Assembly: GCA_016929115.1 (NCBI GenBank)
Contig: JAFGJL010000010.1
Span: 331 to 64,330, forward strand
Direction of reading: 5' to 3'
Length of the DNA stretch: 64,000 nucleotides
Origin: Candidatus Omnitrophota bacterium
GTDB lineage: Bacteria; Omnitrophota; Gorgyraeia; 2-01-FULL-45-10
The notes below the pieces were generated by a model. The model saw only the letters and a list, made by a program, of their open reading frames with translations. It did no database searches and was not told the DNA's origin. Each line of letters begins with the position of its first letter. Positions within the stretch are counted from its first letter, which is position 1. Positions 47,809 through 55,849 of this stretch are shown here, piece by piece. The translations under genes and the position numbers were made by a program.

Positions 47809-49152
47809 CTAATTGGAAACAGCATTACGTTCGCGCAGGCCTTTAAAGACAGGCGAACCCGGTTTGCATCTAAGGAATTTTGCGATATCGTCGCCGCTCT
47901 CCACGGCGTTCTTTATGACGACGCAGGCCTTGTCGAACGAGTCGATGAAACAATCAAGGTCTTCGCGCGAATGTGAGTAAGAGAGCATGAGGACCCCCGC
48001 AAAGCAGAGTATGCCCTCCTTGAACATCTCCTGTTGGTAAAGCGTTGCGAGGTTAAGGTTGTGGATGCCGTTTGAATCGTGCGTATTGACCATGAGCCGC
48101 ACCGGATATCCCGCCAGGGAAACGTTTTTACCGACCCCGTGCCTGTCAATGATAGCCCTGAGCCCCTTCTCCAGATATTCTCCTTTCTCCCATAATTTTG
48201 CGATCACATCATTTTCCTTATAAAAATCTATCACCGCTGAAGCCGCGGCCAATGTCAATGCTTCAGGCGCGTAGGTGGAGGAGAGAAAGGCCTTGTCAAA
48301 ATTTTTCATGTATTTCCTCTTCCCCGCGATAACGCCCAGAGGCATGCCGTTCGTTATGCCTTTGCCGAATGTCGCGAGGTCGGGCACCACATTAAAGAAC
48401 TCCTGCGCCCCTCCCATCCTGAAGCGGAAACCCGATATCATCTCGTCGAATATGAGGAGCGCGCCGTTCTCGTGAGCCAGCGCCTTGACCTTGTTCAGGA
48501 AATCGTCCTTTGGTTTTTCCGCTATCACCGGCTCCATGATCACGGCGGCCACACGGCCGTGGTACTGCTCGAACATCTTACTTAAACCGCTTATGTCGTT
48601 ATACCGGAAAGACTTGGTGAGCTCGCGCACGCATTTGGGGACACCGGCGTTGCGGTCCGTAGAGCCGATATACCAGTCCTGGAAGCCGTGGTAGCCGTAA
48701 CATAATATCATCTCTTTTCCTGTAACGGCCCTTGCCAGCCTCACGGCCGCCGCGCACACATCGCTGCCGTTCTTGGAAAATTTGAGCATCTCGGCACACG
48801 GAATGCATTCAACAAGCTTTTCGGCCACCTCCACCTCCAGCGGATTGAGCAGGCTGAAGAGTATGCCTTTATCCATCTGTTTTTTTATGGCCTCATTGAT
48901 GGGCTCGTAATTATGCCCCAAGGTGGTCGGCCCGCACCCCATTACCATGTCGATAAACTCGTTGCCGTCAACGTCCCAGACATGGGAACCCTTCTGCCGG
49001 ATGACGTATTTCGGCGCGGCACCGTCCGGAAAGACGCCCGGGGACCTGCTGAATGTCTGAGTGCCAGTAGCTATCACCTTGAGCGCTCTCCGCCATAATT
49101 CGTCGCTCTTCTTGATGCCGTACCTCAAGCCAAGTTTTTTGTTTGCTGACAT
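47809..49152 (-). CDS. Class III PLP aminotransferase, GSA-aminomutase-like
   Basis: QTFS, DVDGNEFID, KNGSD, GYHG..DW, FDEMISGFR, PDLATFGKGITNG. Confidence 0.9.
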   Translation of the reverse strand: MSANKKLGLRYGIKKSDELWRRALKVIATGTQTFSRSPGVFPDGAAPKYVIRQKGSHVWDVDGNEFIDMVMGCGPTTLGHNYEPINEAIKKQMDKGILFSLLNPLEVEVAEKLVECIPCAEMLKFSKNGSDVCAAAVRLARAVTGKEMILCYGYHGFQDWYIGSTDRNAGVPKCVRELTKSFRYNDISGLSKMFEQYHGRVAAVIMEPVIAEKPKDDFLNKVKALAHENGALLIFDEMISGFRFRMGGAQEFFNVVPDLATFGKGITNGMPLGVIAGKRKYMKNFDKAFLSSTYAPEALTLAAASAVIDFYKENDVIAKLWEKGEYLEKGLRAIIDRHGVGKNVSLAGYPVRLMVNTHDSNGIHNLNLATLYQQEMFKEGILCFAGVLMLSYSHSREDLDCFIDSFDKACVVIKNAVESGDDIAKFLRCKPGSPVFKGLRERNAVSN

Positions 49153-49994
49153 ATCGCCTCCTTATCTTCGAGCCATTTTTCCACCATACAACGGTACCTG
49201 CACAACGCGCCGGCATGATCACCGTCCGAAGCCCTTGCGGTCTGCAGGATATAGTTACCCTCATAACCGCCGGCACGAAGAGCGCTGAGAGCACCGGCTA
49301 TATCGGCATCCCCTTCTCCCAGGGGCACGGTCGTGCCCTTGAACTTCCTGTCCTTTATATGGACGTTCTTTATCCTGCCGCCATAAGCCGGGAACTCCTC
49401 TTTAAAATCATAGCCCAGCGAAGCGCTGTTACCGATATCGTAATTGATACCGAAATGTTCCGGATCAAATTTAGCGATGAACTTCTTAAGGCGGGACGGC
49501 CTAAAATCCGATTCGAATACTATGACCGCCCCGCTATCGCGAAGGACAGGAGCGACCGAAGCCATGCCTCTCAATAATTCCTCCTCCTGATCCTTATTTT
49601 CCAGGCTGCCTTTATCCACCAGCGGGACCACTATCTTCTTTATGCCTAATTCGGCGCATGAGGAGACTATTTTCTTAAAATCATCCAGCAGACTTGTGTT
49701 GCGGGACCCTTGCGCTTTATAAAAAGGCTCCTGGATATAGGTGTCGCAGGTTATGGACCTTATAGCCATATCGTTCTTCTTCATTAATTCCTTGATCTCA
49801 AGACGGCCCGCTCTGCTCATGAGGGGGTTCTCGTTCAATCTTTCCTGCTCAATAACCCATTCCATCAGCCTGAACCCATGCTTCTTTGCAATGGCGAACT
49901 CATCGCGCCATGTCTGCCAAGGGAAGGCCTGTATCCTGCCTTCCTCTATAACCGAAAACCGGCCCTGCATAAAACCTATTCGCGCTGGATCCAT
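49125..49994 (-). CDS. Sugar-phosphate isomerase/epimerase (xylose-isomerase-like TIM barrel)
   Basis: IGFMQGR, EW, FESD, INYDIGNS, VHIKDR, PLGEGDAD, ILQ. Confidence 0.85.
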   Translation of the reverse strand: MDPARIGFMQGRFSVIEEGRIQAFPWQTWRDEFAIAKKHGFRLMEWVIEQERLNENPLMSRAGRLEIKELMKKNDMAIRSITCDTYIQEPFYKAQGSRNTSLLDDFKKIVSSCAELGIKKIVVPLVDKGSLENKDQEEELLRGMASVAPVLRDSGAVIVFESDFRPSRLKKFIAKFDPEHFGINYDIGNSASLGYDFKEEFPAYGGRIKNVHIKDRKFKGTTVPLGEGDADIAGALSALRAGGYEGNYILQTARASDGDHAGALCRYRCMVEKWLEDKEAICQQTKNLA

Positions 49995-50032
49995 ATTATC
50001 CTCTATTTACTACTTTTAGAACGTTTTGAACG

Positions 50033-50061
50033 ATTATACTAACGTAGCACTATCTTGTCAA
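50033..50061 (-). promoter_or_regulatory. Consensus sigma70 promoter for the ulosonate cassette
   Basis: Minus strand TTGACA (50061-50056), 17-bp spacer, TATAAT (50038-50033); about 38 bp upstream of ATG 49994. Confidence 0.85.
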
Positions 50062-50084
50062 GGCAAAAATGGGGATGATCGGGA

Positions 50085-50831
50085 TTATCTTAAAGGATTG
50101 ATCGCTTCTTCTTTTTCTATGCCGAAGGCCTTCTTGAGTTCGTATATAATGCGGTGCAGCGGCATCTGCCTGTAAGGGCGCAGGGTAATACCATCTCTGA
50201 CCTGCCGCAGGTCAATACTATAATATAGATCCTTATATGGAACCCCATTTATCACTACATTATCCACTTCCTCACCCCTGACTAAGGAGGGATCATTAAC
50301 TATATCTTCTACTGAGGCTATCTCGCCGTCATCTTTTCTGAAATATTCCCCATAAAAGGCGTCAAAGACACGCCACTTACCGTTGATCTTGACAAGCGAT
50401 ACAAAATTTCTTGCCTTGTGCTCTTTATCATAGAACTTCTCAAGAAATGCCGGCAGGCCGGCATATGAACAGAGCGTGGTAAAGACATCCTGGAATTGCT
50501 CGGGCACAGCGTATCCCCTGATGATGATATTCAATACATGGTCATCGATGACAGGCGCTCCTGCGGACAGTTCCCTGATATTATCATGCGTCCATTCGAG
50601 TATCGCCAAGGCCTTCTCTTCGTCGGTCCGGCAGCCCGCCGTTATCTCCCTGGCCAGCCTTGCGTATTCATAATGGCGCGCGAGGAACTGCGTCCACTTT
50701 ACATATAACGGCATGTGGATATGCCTCAGGCGCCCATCGACTCCCTGACGTATCGATACGTCAATATTCGCTATCGCTATCACAGCGGCAAAAAGAACTA
50801 AAAAAACGGCAAGATACCGTATTTTTCTCAT
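50085..50831 (-). CDS. Membrane-anchored transglutaminase-like fold protein
   Basis: N-terminal TM helix; EKALAILEW..NI, F..LC..AGLPA, GKWRVFD. Confidence 0.7.
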   Translation of the reverse strand: MRKIRYLAVFLVLFAAVIAIANIDVSIRQGVDGRLRHIHMPLYVKWTQFLARHYEYARLAREITAGCRTDEEKALAILEWTHDNIRELSAGAPVIDDHVLNIIIRGYAVPEQFQDVFTTLCSYAGLPAFLEKFYDKEHKARNFVSLVKINGKWRVFDAFYGEYFRKDDGEIASVEDIVNDPSLVRGEEVDNVVINGVPYKDLYYSIDLRQVRDGITLRPYRQMPLHRIIYELKKAFGIEKEEAINPLR

Positions 50832-50847
50832 CCTTATCCCCTTCTCT

Positions 50848-52284
50848 CTATTCGCTGAGCCCGAGAAGCGCTCCGGCCGCTCTCCAATAATACTTTATAT
50901 CTTCAACAGACCGTATGCTCATGAGGTTAGCCATGATCACCTTCGGGGATGTGTAAAATTTCAGATACGCCTTTTTATAGTATTTTAACAACCTTTCTTT
51001 CCCCAGCTGCGGGTTCACGTATATCGGGTTGGAAAAGTCCGTGGAGGTGTAGTCATCCCAGGCGACGCCTTGCCTCAATCCCCCGTCGATCCTGCATTGC
51101 TCCAGAAGCTCCGTTCCCGGAAAAGGCACCGGAAGGTAGAATATCGCCGTATGCGTCGCGAGCTTCCTGGCAAAATCGATCGTATTCTCCACTTCCCTTG
51201 ACGTCTCGCCGGGGAACCCTAATATATATGAAGCGTATACTTGTATGCCTGCCTTTTTTACCGCGTTGACCGCCCTGACGACCTGTGCCGGGGTCTGGTT
51301 CTTCTTCATAAGTTTAAGCGATGATTCGTTCGCTGACTCAACGCCAAAGACTATCTGCCAGCAACCGGCCTTCTTCATTAGCCGGGCGAGATCTTCATCT
51401 ATCTGGTCCACCCTCGCGTTGCACATCCAGGACAGGTCATACCTTCCTTTAATAAGGCGCTCGCAGAATTCAACAACATATTTCCTTGAAGTCAGAAAAC
51501 TTGAATCTTGGATAAAGAAACCCCTGGCCCTGTGCTCTCGTATCAGGTAATCCATCTCCTCGAATATCTTATCGAGCCCTTTCATCCTCAGTTTCCTGCC
51601 GTGGATCTTGGAGGCGGAGCAGAACGTGCACTGGTACGGGCATCCCCGCGTCGTCAGTAACGGATAGCTCGGGAGCCTTTTATATTGAGTAGAGTGCGGA
51701 AAGTACTTGTCAAGCTTCAGCAGGTCGTATGCCGGCATCGGCAATATATCCAGGTTCGCGATCGGATGGCGCAGCCTTGTCATCTTCACGGCTGTGCCGT
51801 CCCTGTAAGCGATGCCGTTGATCTCTTCCAATTTCATGCCTTTGCCCGATCTCCAGTCGAGTACATCTAAAAAAGTGAGTTCCCCCTCGCCTATCACGAC
51901 CATATCAGCTGCCGGGCACTCCGACATCGTCTTTTCAGGAAGGACCGTAGCATGAACTCCTCCCAGGACGACCAAGGATCCGGGCAATGCTTTGCGCACG
52001 ATATTGGCAGTCTTGAACGTGTAACCAGCTGTGTTCGTAAAACAAGGCATTCCGACGACATCGTAATTCTTGGACTTCAGATGCTTCTCCAAATCGTCGT
52101 CGCGCATGCCCTCCACGCCGGTATCGAATATTTCGACGCTATATCCCTTCTCCCTGATATAGGCGGCTATGGAAAGCATGCCTATAGGAGGCACAAAACC
52201 TCCTCCCCTGTGGAACTTGCCCCACAGGACCCTGAAAGGGACTATCGGATGCAAGAGAAGTATCTTCAAGCCTATTTTTTCCAC
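50848..52284 (-). CDS. Cobalamin-binding radical SAM protein
   Basis: PPIGMLSIAA, GGVHAT, GEGE, TRGCPYQCTFC, GVESAN, GFPGET, PFPGT. Confidence 0.9.
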   Translation of the reverse strand: MEKIGLKILLLHPIVPFRVLWGKFHRGGGFVPPIGMLSIAAYIREKGYSVEIFDTGVEGMRDDDLEKHLKSKNYDVVGMPCFTNTAGYTFKTANIVRKALPGSLVVLGGVHATVLPEKTMSECPAADMVVIGEGELTFLDVLDWRSGKGMKLEEINGIAYRDGTAVKMTRLRHPIANLDILPMPAYDLLKLDKYFPHSTQYKRLPSYPLLTTRGCPYQCTFCSASKIHGRKLRMKGLDKIFEEMDYLIREHRARGFFIQDSSFLTSRKYVVEFCERLIKGRYDLSWMCNARVDQIDEDLARLMKKAGCWQIVFGVESANESSLKLMKKNQTPAQVVRAVNAVKKAGIQVYASYILGFPGETSREVENTIDFARKLATHTAIFYLPVPFPGTELLEQCRIDGGLRQGVAWDDYTSTDFSNPIYVNPQLGKERLLKYYKKAYLKFYTSPKVIMANLMSIRSVEDIKYYWRAAGALLGLSE

Positions 52285-54548
52285 ACGCTTTCCAGGTTTT
52301 TGTAAAATAACGGCGCGTTGGACGCGAGAGAATATTCTTTTAAGGCCTTTTCCCTGCCTTTCCTGCCCATCGCGTCACGCAAGGCGGGATCCTCGACCAG
52401 CATCGATAATTTGCGTATCCATTCCTCGACGCTGCCGGCAAGGAAACCGTTTATCCCGTCATCTATTATGTCCAGGTTTGTACCTACGGGAGAAGCCACG
52501 ACGGGAAGCCCGCATGTCATATAAAGTATCGCCTTAAAGCCGCACTTGCCCTTTGTCCAATCGGTATCCGGCATCGGCATTATGCCTATATCAAAAGACC
52601 TGATATCGTCCCTTTCGGTATCCAAAGACCACTCCCTGATTATTATCCTTTCGTGGCTTATCCCATCGGATCTGCTGCCCACAAGGCATATCTTTAGATC
52701 CTTATATTTATCGAGCAGCGACAGGAATGCCCGCTCAAGGTTTTTCAGATAGACCCGGGTGGTATGGCTGCCTATCCAGCCTATAACTACATCATCCTTG
52801 CCGCCCTTGGCGGGACCCGGCCCGTTATATTTATCCGTATCTATGCATGTCGGGATTATGCTGACATTCTTATTTAAAAGCCTGGCGTGGTCTCGCAAAA
52901 ATTCATTCCCGGCTATGACGAGGGAGCTGTGCTTTATTATAAAGTCCGTCTTCCAGGGGCACTTCATCATGCTCATGATCTTAGCCGATCCTTCAGGCGG
53001 AAGATATATCGCGTCATCGAAGTCAAATATGACCTTTTTACCGAATAAGAAGAGCGCGGCCTCGAATAACGGCGGCCCTATGGGGAACATCTCCCTGTGT
53101 ATAAAGACAATGTCGTAAAAGAGCGCTCTTGCCAGGTCGACGAGCCGGCGGCATGAGCAGAAGATGAATAAGAGGAATTTGCCGATCGCGTGGCCTTTTT
53201 CGTACAATATGCCGTAAAAACGGGACGTAAGAAAAGGCCTGACGGCATATCTTATGCCGGCCTTGTCGAGGACAGGCAGGAACTGCTCCACCCTCAGGCG
53301 GACGCTCGCTCCTTCTTTAGGATAAGGGACGATAAATATAACCCTCTTTTTCATCAAGCGGTCATATATCGCGCTGTAAACGGATGAGCCCAGACTCATG
53401 GGAAGATGTTCTGCCGCGACTTTTCCGCACCGCTCACGCATCGATCCGCCTTCTTTCACAAGGTCCTCTAGAACGCCCAGGGCCGCGATGTATGAACCGG
53501 TATCGCAAGAGCCGACCACGACACCCGCCCTGTTTTTAGAGACGAGCTCTTCGACGTCACCCATTCCGGAGTTTATGACTACCGGAAGTCCGGCCGCAAG
53601 ATATTCGGCTATCTTTATAGGGAATGAGTCGAGCCGCTGATTCGGCCGTTTGAACAATATGCCGGCAGTCGCGCCGCGGAGGTATCTCGGGACATCTTCA
53701 TAGCGCGCCTTTACGATCATGACGCCTTCCAGCTTCCTCTCCTTTATCATGCGGCCGAGGCTGCCGTCTTTATCGTCCGTCAGGAACAGGAATTCCGAGC
53801 CTGGACGCGCCTTTTTTACGGCCTCGAAAAAGCTCAGCATCTCAGGCAGCATATACCATCCGGATAATGACCCAAGGTAGACGAGCTTTATCCCGCCGCC
53901 CGATGGCGGATACGCGCCTTGCAGGTTTCCGGCGAAGCGCTCGATATCGACGCAGCATGGAAGGACCGTTATCCGCGGAGGCCTCTTCCTTGAGGATGCC
54001 ATATTTTCCAGCTGCCCCTTATGGACGTTCGTTTCGACTATGACCTCATCCGAATTAAGGACGCACAGCCTTTCGAGGTACGCGAGCGCTTTGTATGTCA
54101 GCGACCCCCGCTTTATCCTCCCGCTCAGGCGGTACCCTTCGGCCAGGGAGCTCTTCATATCGAATATGAACCTGGCGCCGCAAAGTTTTGCGGGAACCAG
54201 CGATATGCATGCGCTCATTATGCCGCGGGCATGGACAATATCTATCTTCTTTGTGATGCATGTCCACAGGGCGACGAGAGAGCCGAGCTTGATATCGAAT
54301 GGTTTTGCGATTATGAAAGGCTTATGGTGGAACTTCAGCCTTATCCATCCTATTCCGGCATCCTTTAATTCTTTTGAAACGTCGGCGCCGGCCGCTGGCT
54401 CTTTCTCAAAAGACATAAGATAGAACTTTATGCCTTGAGCCGATAGTGCGGAGATGTAGGGAAGCGCCTGGCTCTTAACGAGCGGCTCTGTCGCGGCATT
54501 ATAGGATACGAATAAGGCCCTTTTGTCTTTTGGCATCTTTCCGCTCAC
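52272..54548 (-). CDS. Tandem double GT4 glycosyltransferase
   Basis: First module with YLGSL and PIKIAEYLAAGLPV; second module starting ASVRLRV with IGWIGS and GKCGFK..YM..GLPVV. Confidence 0.88.
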   Translation of the reverse strand: MSGKMPKDKRALFVSYNAATEPLVKSQALPYISALSAQGIKFYLMSFEKEPAAGADVSKELKDAGIGWIRLKFHHKPFIIAKPFDIKLGSLVALWTCITKKIDIVHARGIMSACISLVPAKLCGARFIFDMKSSLAEGYRLSGRIKRGSLTYKALAYLERLCVLNSDEVIVETNVHKGQLENMASSRKRPPRITVLPCCVDIERFAGNLQGAYPPSGGGIKLVYLGSLSGWYMLPEMLSFFEAVKKARPGSEFLFLTDDKDGSLGRMIKERKLEGVMIVKARYEDVPRYLRGATAGILFKRPNQRLDSFPIKIAEYLAAGLPVVINSGMGDVEELVSKNRAGVVVGSCDTGSYIAALGVLEDLVKEGGSMRERCGKVAAEHLPMSLGSSVYSAIYDRLMKKRVIFIVPYPKEGASVRLRVEQFLPVLDKAGIRYAVRPFLTSRFYGILYEKGHAIGKFLLFIFCSCRRLVDLARALFYDIVFIHREMFPIGPPLFEAALFLFGKKVIFDFDDAIYLPPEGSAKIMSMMKCPWKTDFIIKHSSLVIAGNEFLRDHARLLNKNVSIIPTCIDTDKYNGPGPAKGGKDDVVIGWIGSHTTRVYLKNLERAFLSLLDKYKDLKICLVGSRSDGISHERIIIREWSLDTERDDIRSFDIGIMPMPDTDWTKGKCGFKAILYMTCGLPVVASPVGTNLDIIDDGINGFLAGSVEEWIRKLSMLVEDPALRDAMGRKGREKALKEYSLASNAPLFYKNLESVWKK

Positions 54549-55849
54549 TGCTCCTCGGCCTTTTGGCCCTTCTTGGGGCGGCTTGTCTTCGCGAGCCCGT
54601 AGGCCGCGAATATTATATAGACAGGCACGATCATGTCCCTGTGTCTCAGGAGCGTCTCATAGTTGGCTTCCGAAAGCCCGAGAGCCGAAGTGAAGAACAA
54701 CCCGACGGTGATCAGGGCGAGCTTATCCGCCGTCATCTTTTTAAAGGAGAAGCACAATCCCGCTGCGGCAAAGACAACGACCAGATACCATGCGAGCATC
54801 TGCGGCAATATTACGAGCTGCTGGATCTTATTAAACGCAAGAGGCGACGGCCCGAATAAAAATACGCATACGCCCTTCAGATAAGCTATGATCATGTGAA
54901 AGGCGGATACGCCGTCCTGACAGATGCTCCTTCCCGTGGGTATATATGTATAATAACTTTCCGGCAACAGCTTGTATGTAAGGCCTCCGCGATAATTCAG
55001 GATCAAGTGATAATTCAGCATGAACGAGAGCTTTGTCCAGATAAAATCGAACAGCCGGCCGCTCGCCGGATAGAAAGCAAGGAGTGCCCCGGCGAAGGTA
55101 AGCGCCACCCGCCTGTAAGAGAACGCGAACCTGATAAAAAGGTATGCGGCCAGGAAGCCCGCCAGGACGAGCATGGCATTTACCCTCAGCTCAGCGAGCA
55201 GCCATAAAGCGATAGCGGTCACGGCCATAGCTATCAACGGCCCCCTCGCATCATCGGTCTTCTTTATGAACAATACCTGGGATATGACCAGCATGACCAG
55301 CAGGTTTATCAGGGTATCGCGCTGGATACTGGCTGAATAAATAATAAAGGATGGCATGAAGAGCGCTATAGCAAGGGAGATCCGCCCTGTCCGTTCGTCA
55401 AAAGCGCGCCTTGCCACATTATATGTCAAAAACGCCGTAAGAACGCTTGCGCCGCTTATGAAGAATCTTAAAAGGACCGGCGCATACCCGAATACATAAT
55501 AAAATCCTCCTATTATGTATGAAAAGAGGGTTACGCCGTATTCCCTTATAGAAGGCAGTAGGCCGCAGTAATTCACCGGCGTCCCTAAAAGCCCGCCTAT
55601 CAGCGAATAATCGTTGGGGATGCATTGCGCGGGCAGCGCCAAAGTATTGAACCCTTTCAGCACGAGCGCTATGTACCACCCCATTATCGAATACGCCTCT
55701 CCGTCGAACGCGTATATGGGCCTTTTGAGGCCGGCGATGAAGACGTGATAATACGCTGCGCCGATGCAGAACCTTACGATGAGCGCAAGCATAGCGATCT
55801 TGACGCAAAATACGGCCGGTTTCTCCTCGTTAAAAAATTTATTGATCAT
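54545..55849 (-). CDS. Polytopic membrane protein, GT-C or Wzy-like
   Basis: Many TM segments; DG..Y, SIQRD, N..TLLRHR. Confidence 0.6.
   Translation of the reverse strand: MINKFFNEEKPAVFCVKIAMLALIVRFCIGAAYYHVFIAGLKRPIYAFDGEAYSIMGWYIALVLKGFNTLALPAQCIPNDYSLIGGLLGTPVNYCGLLPSIREYGVTLFSYIIGGFYYVFGYAPVLLRFFISGASVLTAFLTYNVARRAFDERTGRISLAIALFMPSFIIYSASIQRDTLINLLVMLVISQVLFIKKTDDARGPLIAMAVTAIALWLLAELRVNAMLVLAGFLAAYLFIRFAFSYRRVALTFAGALLAFYPASGRLFDFIWTKLSFMLNYHLILNYRGGLTYKLLPESYYTYIPTGRSICQDGVSAFHMIIAYLKGVCVFLFGPSPLAFNKIQQLVILPQMLAWYLVVVFAAAGLCFSFKKMTADKLALITVGLFFTSALGLSEANYETLLRHRDMIVPVYIIFAAYGLAKTSRPKKGQKAEEQ

Noticed and set aside
47809-49152. Calling this hemL (tetrapyrrole or B12 synthesis)
   Set aside because: No other hem/cob genes are present; it is adjacent to neuA and a formyltransferase, which fits a sugar aminotransferase
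20674-50084. Mobile element or prophage explanation for the cassette
   Set aside because: No integrase, transposase, terminal repeats or tRNA attachment site was seen
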